IMG/VR virus record: IMGVR_UViG_3300017647_000300
Location: 1-45,566 of that record
Reading direction: 5' to 3' (one strand)
From: a virus
Lineage: Duplodnaviria; Caudoviricetes
Length of the DNA: 45,566 bases
This document shows, piece after piece, positions 1-8,218 of the stretch. The position numbers and the translations under genes were made by a program. The notes beneath the pieces were generated by a model. The model made no database searches. It saw nothing but the letters and a program-made list of their open reading frames with translations, and was not told the origin of the DNA. Each line of letters starts with the position of its first letter. Within the stretch, counting starts at the first letter, position 1.

Positions 1-663
1 TCATGCCGCGCGCAGCGCCCTTTCGCGCGGCGGAATCCAGAGGGTGGGGGCGAACTCGATGTTGGGGCGCTGCTTGTCCCAGACCAGCCACATATAATCG
101 ACCTTGCCGCGCTTCCATGCGTCCTCGCCCAATTCGGCGATCATGTCGCCGGGCGGCATGCTGGGGCGTTCGGAGAAGACGAGGATCTGGGGCTTGGTTT
201 CGGTGAAGAAGGCGTAGCGTTCGATCGAGGACAGCCATTTTAGGGGCACGAGGGCGCAGACCTTGTGGGTCGCCATTTCCAGCGCGCGGCGGACGATGCG
301 CAGGGACAGGCCGCGCACAAGGGCGCCGTCCTGATAGGAAAAGGGCGGGTTCATTACGATCGACAGGGCCTGTTCCATTTCCATCAGGTGGCGCTGAGGC
401 CCAAGGAAATCATGCTCACCGAGGAAGAAGGTGGCATTATGGCCGACGCGCGCGAATTTGTCCGTGCCGAACGCGCGCAGGCCGCGATCGAGGAGAGCCG
501 TGGGGATGTTGCCGCCGCCGCAGAAGGGGTCGAGATAGGCGACGTGCGATTCCAGATGGATCATATCCGCCAGCGCATGCGTCACCCATTGTTCCTCGAC
601 ATACCAATCCCAAGGGTGCCGGGGCTTTTTCGAGCTGGTGTCGTTGGAGAGTTCGGCGGTCAT
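1..663 (-). CDS. orphan amino-DNA methyltransferase (probably N6-adenine)
   Basis: Motif I DPFCGGG and motif IV NPPF. Start MTAELS overlaps the upstream stop (ATGA at 660-663). Confidence 0.85.
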   Translation of the reverse strand: MTAELSNDTSSKKPRHPWDWYVEEQWVTHALADMIHLESHVAYLDPFCGGGNIPTALLDRGLRAFGTDKFARVGHNATFFLGEHDFLGPQRHLMEMEQALSIVMNPPFSYQDGALVRGLSLRIVRRALEMATHKVCALVPLKWLSSIERYAFFTETKPQILVFSERPSMPPGDMIAELGEDAWKRGKVDYMWLVWDKQRPNIEFAPTLWIPPRERALRAA

Positions 664-1487
664 GCGCCCTCCATCGCTTCGAGCAGGGGCGCATGGCTGA
701 AAAGCCAGCAATGGCGGTGCTGCCCGTCGCGGCAATTATAGGTTTTGTCGGCCAGATAGGCGGGGTTGCGGGACAGACGGAGGGCCTGTGTCATCGTGGT
801 GTCGATCTCGACCGGGACCCCGATTTCATGGAAATGGATTCGCAATTCCGGCAGGTTCAGCGCCACAAGATGATTGCGGCGGCTGTGGTTTACCTGATCG
901 CCGGAATCCTCGACGGCGCGGACGCCGTTCCAGAACAGGGTGAGCAGCTCGCTATGGTCCGGTTCTGCCCAGCCGATACCTTCATGGGCGATCCGCGCCA
1001 CGCCCCAGCTATCGCAAATCCGGTCCATCTCTTCCCATAGGACCGAGCGTATCTGGCGGTTTCGTTCTTTTTTCAGCGCGTTGCCGACGCGGAGAAGGTC
1101 CGCAACCGATGCGCGCTTCGTTTCCACCAAGCGCATAGGGCCATGGAAATGTTCGAAGACGACGCGGAAGGCTTCCTCTTGATATCGAATAACTACATCA
1201 CGGATGGACTGGTCTTTAATTCGATCAGCAGAAATGGTGATCAACCAACCATGAAAGGATTCCAATTTCAGGCAGTTCGTGTGTTGCGCTCCGCCCTGCG
1301 AAGGGGTGGTTATAACAACCACCCCTTTTGACAGAACGGGGTGGCGTTTGATGCGCTGTAATTGTGATTGCCAATCGAGACCCAACGCTTCGACGATGGG
1401 TCGCATAGCGACATATATATCTCCGTCGCGCTCAATGGTCAGGATTTCATTGTCATGGAACGGGACAAGTTCAAAGCGGGTGCTCAT
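660..1487 (-). CDS. phage antirepressor (P22_AR_N-type N-terminus) fused to a primase-like C-terminal domain
   Basis: N-terminus VPFHDNEI...YVAMRPIVEALGLDWQSQLQRIKRHPVL is typical of P22 Ant N-domains. C-terminus aligns with the end of the primase at 4341-7106. Confidence 0.85.
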   Translation of the reverse strand: MSTRFELVPFHDNEILTIERDGDIYVAMRPIVEALGLDWQSQLQRIKRHPVLSKGVVVITTPSQGGAQHTNCLKLESFHGWLITISADRIKDQSIRDVVIRYQEEAFRVVFEHFHGPMRLVETKRASVADLLRVGNALKKERNRQIRSVLWEEMDRICDSWGVARIAHEGIGWAEPDHSELLTLFWNGVRAVEDSGDQVNHSRRNHLVALNLPELRIHFHEIGVPVEIDTTMTQALRLSRNPAYLADKTYNCRDGQHRHCWLFSHAPLLEAMEGA

Positions 1488-1762
1488 GCGGCGGTCCTTT
1501 TCTTCGAGGGATAGCGGTCGGCCATTTCGGCCATGAGGCGTTCGCCGTGGCGGGCGAAGGTGTAGAAAAGGGGGGAGATGTGGGCCGGTTCGATTTCCGG
1601 GCCAGCTTCGCCGGGGGGCGTGTCCATTAATTGGCCGACAGCCTCCATCGCCTTGAACAGCGTTTTGAGTTCAAGCTCGTTCGCCTCTGACAGGGCGTAA
1701 TGGGTGTCGGTATCGGGATTGAACAGGCGCGTGACGGTGGCGCCAGAAGCAGGGTTGCTCAT
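1484..1762 (-). CDS. 92-aa hypothetical protein, positional analogue of P1 icd / P4 kil downstream of the C4-like RNA
   Basis: MSNPASG... start with an AAAAGGA RBS; coupled to the antirepressor by an ATGA overlap. Confidence 0.7.
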   Translation of the reverse strand: MSNPASGATVTRLFNPDTDTHYALSEANELELKTLFKAMEAVGQLMDTPPGEAGPEIEPAHISPLFYTFARHGERLMAEMADRYPSKKRTAA

Positions 1763-1765
1763 GGT

Positions 1766-1803
1766 CAAGGTCCTTTTGAATGGACCCGGCAACCACCTGC
1801 TAA
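1766..1803 (-). promoter_or_regulatory. C4 downstream target (a2/b2) overlapping the RBS of the 1484-1762 ORF
   Basis: a2 TTAGCAG (1797-1803); b2 GGACCTTG (1766-1773) ends 3 nt before the ATG. Confidence 0.7.
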
Positions 1804-1805
1804 AA

Positions 1806-1889
1806 TGGTGGCCGGGCAACACCGGGTTAGCAGACCGGCGGACCTCGCGGGACCGGCAGGGGCAAGCCCCTCCCGATGCGCCCGACCAT
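1806..1889 (-). ncRNA. C4-type antisense RNA (P1 c4 / P4 CI-like)
   Basis: Closing stem UGGUCGGGC/GCCCGGCCA ending in CCACCA, internal GGGGC-UU-GCCCC hairpin, and single-stranded CUGCUAA and GCGAGGUCCG segments complementary to sites on both sides. Confidence 0.8.
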
Positions 1890-1890
1890 A

Positions 1891-1958
1891 GAAAAGCGCG
1901 CCGGGAAACTCCCTGCGGCGCGCCTCTTCGGCGAAGTCCGTTACGGCTGCTAAACCGC
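1891..1958 (-). promoter_or_regulatory. C4 upstream target (a1/b1) followed by a terminator-like hairpin
   Basis: a1 TTAGCAG (1947-1953) sits in the hairpin GCGG-TTTAGCAG-CCGT; b1 is CGGACTTCGC (1931-1940); then GGCGCGCCG...CGGCGCGCT followed by a T-run. Confidence 0.7.
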
Positions 1959-2016
1959 ATCGCTGCTCTGTGTGTAGCGACACGGGTAAAATGCGCGTGG
2001 GCTTCGCCAATGTCAA

Positions 2017-2505
2017 TCATGCGGCTTTCCTGATTTCGGGATGAGGTTGGGCGGCGGGCTGGCGGGGAAAAAGGCCCAGCATGTCGGCGCGCGACCAGAG
2101 GAGGTTTCCTGCCGCGTAGAAATCGGCCTCGCGACCGGTCCAGATGCGCATGGCGCAGAGGAGCGCGCATTGCTCCAGTTCGGCGGCGGTGGGGGCGCCG
2201 CTCTGGTCGATCATCTGGAACCAGCGGGACAGGGCGGTGTCGAGCGACAGAAGGCGCGCGGGCAAAGTGAGGCGGCGGGCCATTTCGCCCTCGCCGGTGG
2301 CGATGAAATGCCAGCCCTTGGCAATCGCGCGCCAGCCTTCCAGATCGTCGCGGGCGTCCTCCGCCGTCAGGGTGCCGCCGGATACCAGCATGGGATAGGT
2401 ATCCTTGCGGCGGGTGAAGGCGGCGCGGGCTTCGGCGGCGATTTCGTTGGTCGCATTGATGCGGCACGTGGGGTTGGCGATGCGGGGGTGGGTCCAGTCA
2501 GGCAT
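2017..2505 (-). CDS. hypothetical phage early protein
   Basis: MPDWTHP... start; overlaps the upstream gene and is collinear with the early operon. Confidence 0.65.
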   Translation of the reverse strand: MPDWTHPRIANPTCRINATNEIAAEARAAFTRRKDTYPMLVSGGTLTAEDARDDLEGWRAIAKGWHFIATGEGEMARRLTLPARLLSLDTALSRWFQMIDQSGAPTAAELEQCALLCAMRIWTGREADFYAAGNLLWSRADMLGLFPRQPAAQPHPEIRKAA

Positions 2506-2854
2506 TGGGCTGGCCTTTGTTGGCGGCAATGTACTGGTCGATCGCATGGTCTGCGTCTTCTTCCGTCAGTATGAGATTTTCGGGGACCATGCCGATGAAT
2601 AGCCCGGCTTTTGGCTGCTCTCCGTCAGGCCACACGTCGCGGTTGCGCAGATAGCGGTAGCGTTCGGCGTCTATCTCTAATCGCGCGATTTGAGCCTCTA
2701 ACGGAGCTGTCGCCGACTGGCGCTGGCGTTCCAGCTCCACGCGAACGTCCTCTATGTCAGCAGCAGTTAGACAAGGGAGGTGGCGCCAATTACGCGCGGC
2801 GCATTCCAGAAATGTGATGGCATTCTGGCGCGTAACCTTGGTCTTATCGGTCAT
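2498..2854 (-). CDS. hypothetical phage protein (DAERYRYLR motif)
   Basis: MTDKTK start in an ATGA overlap; the DAERYRxLR motif is common in temperate-phage early genes. Confidence 0.7.
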   Translation of the reverse strand: MTDKTKVTRQNAITFLECAARNWRHLPCLTAADIEDVRVELERQRQSATAPLEAQIARLEIDAERYRYLRNRDVWPDGEQPKAGLFIGMVPENLILTEEDADHAIDQYIAANKGQPNA

Positions 2855-3114
2855 TTCCGGCCTCCGTAGCCCATGCCGGTGAGGGCCTTGGCGATTAGGT
2901 TCCACACATGCTGGGAGAGGCGGGGATGGCCCAGCACCTTGGTTTTGCGCTGGACGATCCGGCGGTTGAGGTCCGCCGTGGAGCGGCCCCGGAGCGTTTC
3001 GGCATCATAGTTGCCGAGGGTGTCGGTGCCGCCGATATTGCTGATGTGCATGCGGGCCAGCTCGGTGGCGGAGCCGTCACGAGCGGACAGCAGAAGGACG
3101 CTGACGACGATCAT
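2851..3114 (-). CDS. hypothetical phage protein
   Basis: MIVVSV start in an ATGA overlap with the upstream ORF. Confidence 0.65.
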   Translation of the reverse strand: MIVVSVLLLSARDGSATELARMHISNIGGTDTLGNYDAETLRGRSTADLNRRIVQRKTKVLGHPRLSQHVWNLIAKALTGMGYGGRK

Positions 3115-3332
3115 TTGCCGGTTTCCTTTTGGAGATGGGCGCGCAGGGCGCGGCCCAGCGGGGAGAGGGTATCGGTGGGCCATGCCGGTTCGGTCAGGCC
3201 CAAGGCGGACAGGGAGTTTTGCAGCGGCCAATAGCCGCGACCAAAGCGCGGGCCGCCCTGAAGGACGGCACGGCGCTGGGGCGGGGTGAGCCGCTTGGCG
3301 AGCTGGGCCAGATTGCCGGGGTCGATCTGCAT
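3111..3332 (-). CDS. hypothetical phage protein
   Basis: 73 aa, translationally coupled on both sides. Confidence 0.6.
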   Translation of the reverse strand: MQIDPGNLAQLAKRLTPPQRRAVLQGGPRFGRGYWPLQNSLSALGLTEPAWPTDTLSPLGRALRAHLQKETGK

Positions 3333-3787
3333 CAGAACGGCACCTCGTCATGATCCAGCGGGACATAGGAGACGCGCCGGGGGCCGCAGTTCACGCTGTA
3401 GCGCGGTTCGAGGACGAAGAAGGTTTTGCCCGGATGGGTGGCCGCAAGCCGTTCGGCTTCCCTCTCGGCGGATTCCTGCGTGGGATGCCGGAACCGGGGC
3501 GGCGTCGCGCCGGTGGGGCACCATACCAGCCAGAAATCCACCGTCTTTGCGGGCGGATCGCCCGCGCGGATTTCATCGGATTGATTGGCGTGATCGCGGC
3601 AGTCCGGGCAGTGGAGCACGGTTCCATCATCCCATGCATCGACCCTCTGCCATCCGCGCGGGTCCGATGCGTCGAGGCTGTTGTGCGCTCTGCCGCAGCG
3701 TGCGCAGATATGGTGATAGACTGTGACATCGCGACCATGGGCCGGGTCGCAGCCGGTCCATGCCGGTCGTTTTTCCACAGTGTTCAT
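3332..3787 (-). CDS. hypothetical protein with a Zn-finger (CxxC...CxxC)
   Basis: CARC and CPDC pairs; AAAGGAA RBS. Confidence 0.7.
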   Translation of the reverse strand: MNTVEKRPAWTGCDPAHGRDVTVYHHICARCGRAHNSLDASDPRGWQRVDAWDDGTVLHCPDCRDHANQSDEIRAGDPPAKTVDFWLVWCPTGATPPRFRHPTQESAEREAERLAATHPGKTFFVLEPRYSVNCGPRRVSYVPLDHDEVPF

Positions 3788-3799
3788 GAGCGGTTCCTT

Positions 3800-3949
3800 T
3801 CAGGCAAAGAGGGTGAGGATTCCGGCGGCGATCAGCGCCCACGCGACGGTGGAGCCGGTCAGGATCATCCGGGCCATGCGAGTGGCGGCGGCGCGGCAGT
3901 CGGGACAGGTGCAGTCCGGGCCGGGCGATCTGGGGCGGCGGGCCATCAT
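3800..3949 (-). CDS. small membrane protein (49 aa, CxCxxC plus TM helix); not in the ORF track
   Basis: Own translation MMARRPRSPGPDCTCPDCRAAATRMARMILTGSTVAWALIAAGILTLFA fills the gap and overlaps the upstream stop. Confidence 0.55.
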   Translation of the reverse strand: MMARRPRSPGPDCTCPDCRAAATRMARMILTGSTVAWALIAAGILTLFA

Positions 3950-4344
3950 TCGAGGCCCAGCGCGGTCTTGTAGGTTTCGAGGAGGGCTTGATCCTCCTGC
4001 ACCACATGCGGGTCGAGCCTGCGCATGGCGATGATCGCGCTGATCGTCTTCACGCTGAAGCCCATGGCCTTCGCCTCTGCATTCACGTCCTTGATGTCGT
4101 CGGCGATACCGGCCTTTTCTTCCTCAAGCTGCTCGCGCCGCTCGATCAGCAGGCGCAGGGACTGCGCGGCATGGTCGGGATTGGCGTTGATCGGATCCGG
4201 CTTCGGGCGGGCCTTGCGCGCCTTGGGCTTTTCCTCCGGCCTGGGGCGCCATTCGTGGCGGAAGCCGCCGGTGCCATCCGGCACGGTGACGAGGATCATC
4301 GGGCGCGCATCGTCGGCCCGGTCCGGGGACAAGGTGGCCGTCAT
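3946..4344 (-). CDS. GapR-like (DUF2312) DNA-binding protein with an N-terminal extension
   Basis: AQSLRLLIERREQLEEEKAGIADDIKDVNAEAKAMGFSVKTI...LLETYKTALG matches the GapR/DUF2312 pattern. Confidence 0.9.
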   Translation of the reverse strand: MTATLSPDRADDARPMILVTVPDGTGGFRHEWRPRPEEKPKARKARPKPDPINANPDHAAQSLRLLIERREQLEEEKAGIADDIKDVNAEAKAMGFSVKTISAIIAMRRLDPHVVQEDQALLETYKTALGLE

Positions 4345-7106
4345 ATCGGCAACTCCTGCTTCTGTTGGGAAAGGGGCTTGGCGAATACCCAGCAATGGCG
4401 GTACTGCCCGTCGCGGCAGTTCACCACGGTATTGCCGAGATATTTGCGGGATTTGCTGGTGGTCAGCAGCTTGCGCAGCTCCAGCATGGAGCCGCCGGGG
4501 ATCGACATGCGATGCTGGTTGAAGGCTTGTTCGACCTCCGGTATCCTGAAGGCGATCTGGTTTTCCTTGCGGTGCAGGTTCAGCCCGGCATGATCGCTTT
4601 CCAGCTTGCCTTCCCGCAGCTTGGCGTCGAGGAAATCGAAGGATTCCCAGAAGCTGACGACATTGGGGTGGTCGGCGCCGAGGGCACCGTGCTGGGCGAG
4701 GCACATTTCACCGATCAGTTGATGAGCGGCAGCCATCTGTTCGGGCCGGATGACCGGCTTGCCCTCCACGGTCATCGCCTTTTGCAGGCAGTCCAGGGCG
4801 GCGGCGAGCTGCGCATGGTTATATGCGAGGCGGTCGTTCTGGACCTCCGGGTGGGAGAGCAGGCGCTTTTCGTGAAACGGGAAGCGCTCGCGGAAATGGT
4901 CGAGGATATGCTTTTCCTGCCGGATCATCGCGACGATCCAGTGGGAAACCCTGTCCACCTCATATTTCTTCAGCCGGTTGCCCGCCGCCTTGCCTTCCTC
5001 GGTGAAGCGGCTCTTGTCGACAACCAGCGGCATGATGCGCTCCAGCACCGCCTCCTCGGCGTCGCGGATCGCCTCGTTCTGGGCGATGACCATGGCGCCG
5101 CGAAAGGGCGGGGCGAAGGTGCTGGTGCCGCCGTTCATCACGCCACGGGTGCGCGGCGCGTGGCCGTTGTAGATCTTCTTCAGCTCCGACCAGTTGAATT
5201 TGCGGCTGACCGGTTGATCCTTGTTGTGGTCGCCCTCCAGCAGTACCACAGGCAGGTTGCCATATTTCACCAGCTCGCGCGCGATGCCGGCGGCGGTGGA
5301 GGTGACAGGATCGAAGCCCTCATAATTGTGGCGACGGCCGACCAGCTTCCAGAGGAAGATCAGCAGCGTTGATTTACCGGAGCCGGGAGGGCCGGAGATT
5401 TCGAGGAAACCAAGGCTTTGATATTCGCGGCGGATCTGCTCGGCGAAACAGGACAGCAGCCAGAAGGACAGGGTGACGAGGCCCAGCGAGCCGAAGGCCG
5501 TCCACAGATCCGGCCACCATGAATAGTCGATTTCGTTGGGGTCGTACTGGATCGCGAATTCGCCCTTCTCTCCATTGGGCTTCACGCCGATCTTGCCGAT
5601 TTCGAAATAATCCTCCTCGTTCAGCGGAATGACGCGGCCGCCGGATATGGCGATATCCTCGAACATCCAGGCGCCATGCTCGATCGAATAGCCGGAGAAA
5701 TAGAGGGCATCGACGGTGCGGATGTCCTCGATCTGGCGGCCCATCAGATATTTGAGCTGGCGGGAACTGCCGTCCCAGATCGCGCCGGGCGCGACGGATA
5801 CGAGATGGTCGGCGAAGGGGCCGTCCTTCAGGATGGTGTTGCCGGGGAAGTTGGCCTTGACCGTATCCTGCTTGCCGGGAAAATCGACGCGGAGATAATA
5901 GCTGTTGCGGCCCAGTGCGGCGTCCGTCTCGTAATAGAGGACGCGGAAGGTGCAGTTGGCGATCTCGTTCACCTCGACGGAATCGCGTGCCGCCTTGTCC
6001 AGCTTTTCGTCCATGGACAGTTCGCGCAGCGTCTTGTCCTCGGCATAGGCTTCCAGCAGCTCGTTGATCCGCTCTGCCGAGAAGCGCGCCCAGAGCTGGC
6101 GGCCCTTGAAGGTCAAGGGGAATTCGGAGCGGCGGGACCGGCGGTAGAGCAGGAACGCCTTTTCGGCGGCGTTCTCCGCGATCGTGATGTCGCCATTTTC
6201 CAGATAGGTTTCGAGGTCGTCGGCCTTCAGCCGGTCGCGCTTGAGCAGGTCGTTCCAGTCGAGCTTGGCGCCTTCGCCGTCCGGGCGGACCTGCGCGGCG
6301 CGGGCCTGCCACCCGCTGTCGCGGGCCTGCTTCACCCAGTCGCGGGTGAATTTGATGCCCGCCGGGCCAACGTCGAAGGCAAAGACGAGAGTGGGGCGCG
6401 GCGCATGGGTGCCGCGCCGGGCGACGGCTTCCGCCAGATCGTTGAGCCAGTCCGCCGGATAATTGTTGGTGGACATGGCGGAGGCGGCGCGGGCGAACGG
6501 GCGGTCGCGTTCGAACGCCTCGCCCAGCGCGATCGCGTCGAATATGCCCTCCGCGATCCAAATCTCTCCGGCCTGCGCCAGATCATCAAAGGTCAGGGCA
6601 GGGTGGTGCCAGGCTTGCCCCTTGTAGCTGTAGCCGTAGGGAAAATGCGCCTTCTTCTTGCCGAAGCGATGGGGCCGGTCGATCAGCCGTTCCCACCATC
6701 CCCCGCCGGGCATCGGGAATCGCACGGTGGCGGTGGCCGCGTTCAGCTTCTTGCTGTGATAGGTTTCCTGCGAATAGTGGCCCGCCAGCTTGACGATGTT
6801 CAGCCCGCGTTCGTCGCGCAGATAGGCTTTCGCCGCCGCATGCGGATCCTTCGGCGTCTGGGGGTGGCGTTCCGACCAGTTGTCGAACAGATCTTCGTAC
6901 AGATCCTTGACCGACCATTCGTGCCCGCACTTGTTCTCCCGCCCGCAATGCAGGGTCCACGGCTTTTCCGTGTAGACGTAGAGTTCCTTGCCGCCGCAGT
7001 CGCGGCATTTGCCGCCTCGCCAGACGCGCGCGCCGTCGCTGGTCGACGGGAAAGCATAGTCCCGCTTCAGGCGATCGAGGATATTTTTGCGGAGGGTGTC
7101 GTCCAT
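4341..7106 (-). CDS. Zn-finger/TOPRIM primase-helicase replication protein
   Basis: N-terminal CRDC...HCGRENKC; TOPRIM signs IAEGIFDA, AFD and DWND; Walker A GPPGSGKS. Confidence 0.9.
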   Translation of the reverse strand: MDDTLRKNILDRLKRDYAFPSTSDGARVWRGGKCRDCGGKELYVYTEKPWTLHCGRENKCGHEWSVKDLYEDLFDNWSERHPQTPKDPHAAAKAYLRDERGLNIVKLAGHYSQETYHSKKLNAATATVRFPMPGGGWWERLIDRPHRFGKKKAHFPYGYSYKGQAWHHPALTFDDLAQAGEIWIAEGIFDAIALGEAFERDRPFARAASAMSTNNYPADWLNDLAEAVARRGTHAPRPTLVFAFDVGPAGIKFTRDWVKQARDSGWQARAAQVRPDGEGAKLDWNDLLKRDRLKADDLETYLENGDITIAENAAEKAFLLYRRSRRSEFPLTFKGRQLWARFSAERINELLEAYAEDKTLRELSMDEKLDKAARDSVEVNEIANCTFRVLYYETDAALGRNSYYLRVDFPGKQDTVKANFPGNTILKDGPFADHLVSVAPGAIWDGSSRQLKYLMGRQIEDIRTVDALYFSGYSIEHGAWMFEDIAISGGRVIPLNEEDYFEIGKIGVKPNGEKGEFAIQYDPNEIDYSWWPDLWTAFGSLGLVTLSFWLLSCFAEQIRREYQSLGFLEISGPPGSGKSTLLIFLWKLVGRRHNYEGFDPVTSTAAGIARELVKYGNLPVVLLEGDHNKDQPVSRKFNWSELKKIYNGHAPRTRGVMNGGTSTFAPPFRGAMVIAQNEAIRDAEEAVLERIMPLVVDKSRFTEEGKAAGNRLKKYEVDRVSHWIVAMIRQEKHILDHFRERFPFHEKRLLSHPEVQNDRLAYNHAQLAAALDCLQKAMTVEGKPVIRPEQMAAAHQLIGEMCLAQHGALGADHPNVVSFWESFDFLDAKLREGKLESDHAGLNLHRKENQIAFRIPEVEQAFNQHRMSIPGGSMLELRKLLTTSKSRKYLGNTVVNCRDGQYRHCWVFAKPLSQQKQELPI

Positions 7107-7203
7107 CGGGCGGCGCGGTCTTTTCAGGATGCAGGGAACCATCCGCCGGGCGAACCGGCGGTGGCGGGGATTGGCGATGTCGAGCGGAGGAGGTGGCCGA
7201 CGA

Positions 7204-7581
7204 TCAGTCGGGCAGGGCGGGGCAGTCGGGCAGGGTGGGCGCCAGAATGTCGAAGATGGTCATCTGCCCGAAATCATGGCCGGGCGCTCGCTTGGCCTTG
7301 ATGTTGGCCGGCCGGAATTCGGCGCTAACGCCGGACGGCGACAGGACTTTCTCGAAGGCGAGGCTGGCGGTGAACGCCATGGAGCACGCCAGATTTTCGC
7401 AGCGATAATAGAGGCTGCGATAGGTGGGCGAGATTTCGAGACTGGACCGGCACAGCGCCTTGGCGCCGCAGGCCGGGCAGTTCATCACCGGGGCCTTGCC
7501 GTGGTGGCCGCGCGCCGGTCCGCCCTGGGCGACAACGGGCATGGCGGTGCTGCTCTTGAGATGGCCGAAAGCGATGTTCAT
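7204..7581 (-). CDS. ogr: Ogr/Delta-family zinc-finger late activator
   Basis: MNCPACGAKALCRSS...LYYRCENLACSMAF...VLSPS matches the Ogr C2-C2 pattern. Confidence 0.9.
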   Translation of the reverse strand: MNIAFGHLKSSTAMPVVAQGGPARGHHGKAPVMNCPACGAKALCRSSLEISPTYRSLYYRCENLACSMAFTASLAFEKVLSPSGVSAEFRPANIKAKRAPGHDFGQMTIFDILAPTLPDCPALPD

Positions 7582-8042
7582 TGTGTGGTTTCCCCCGGTA
7601 GAGCGCTGACATGGATCAGCAGGCGTGACAGTTCGTTGATCGCCTCCTCTGCCTCGCGCTGGGCGGCGAGACGGGCGGCGGGGTTGGATGGGTCGCGGGC
7701 GAGGGCAATGGCGGCGGCCACCGCTTCGCCCGCTTCCTTGGCGGCGAGGCCCGCGCCGGTCAGCATGCAATTCGGGCTGGGCGCGGCGACGATCGCGCCC
7801 ATGTCCAGCAGGATCGCATAACATTCGAGCAGCGGCGCGCCTTCGCCCCCGGCGCGCCGGTAGGCGGCATCTAGGCGCACCGCATCGCGCAGGCTGATTT
7901 CCCGCTCGGTATCGGGCGCGCCCAGCTTGCGGACATGGCTTTCCGACTTCTCCAGCACGGTGGCGCAGCCGTCCCAGCCCAGCAGATCGGCAATAGCCGA
8001 TAGGGCGCGGGCGAAGGTGGCGGGGCGGCGAGGAATGGTCAT
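7578..8042 (-). CDS. CII-like phage regulatory protein
   Basis: N-terminal HTH-like segment and C-terminal helices AKEAGEAVAA...REAEEAI; position in the early operon. Confidence 0.6.
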   Translation of the reverse strand: MTIPRRPATFARALSAIADLLGWDGCATVLEKSESHVRKLGAPDTEREISLRDAVRLDAAYRRAGGEGAPLLECYAILLDMGAIVAAPSPNCMLTGAGLAAKEAGEAVAAAIALARDPSNPAARLAAQREAEEAINELSRLLIHVSALPGETTQ

Positions 8043-8218
8043 TCGCTCGCCTCGCCAATCGAAAACAGGATGGTGCCGGGGGTGGGTGCAATGGCCCCCG
8101 GCACCGGGGGGATGGAGCGCGATGCAGTGCGCTTCCGTTCAATGCGGCCCAGTTCGTCGAGCGCGATTTCCTCGCGCACAATGCGGCGGATGTCTTCTTC
8201 CTCGGCGCGGGTGATCAC
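8039..8218 (-). CDS. hypothetical protein
   Basis: GTG start in a GTGA overlap; IRRIVREEI motif. Confidence 0.55.
   Translation of the reverse strand: MITRAEEEDIRRIVREEIALDELGRIERKRTASRSIPPVPGAIAPTPGTILFSIGEASE

Noticed and set aside
1763-2467. N-terminal part of the 327-aa ORF (ash-like) as real protein
   Set aside because: It overlaps the 2017-2505 gene and the structured C4 RNA; an RBS supports the start at 1762.
705-4418. 30-bp repeat pair as a diversity-generating retroelement TR/VR
   Set aside because: No reverse transcriptase in the window, the repeat is short, and the mismatch is C/T on the coding strand rather than adenine-specific.
7205-7240. CAGTCGGGCAGGG tandem repeat
   Set aside because: Two short copies encoding the low-complexity PTLPDCPALPD tail of Ogr; no evidence of function.
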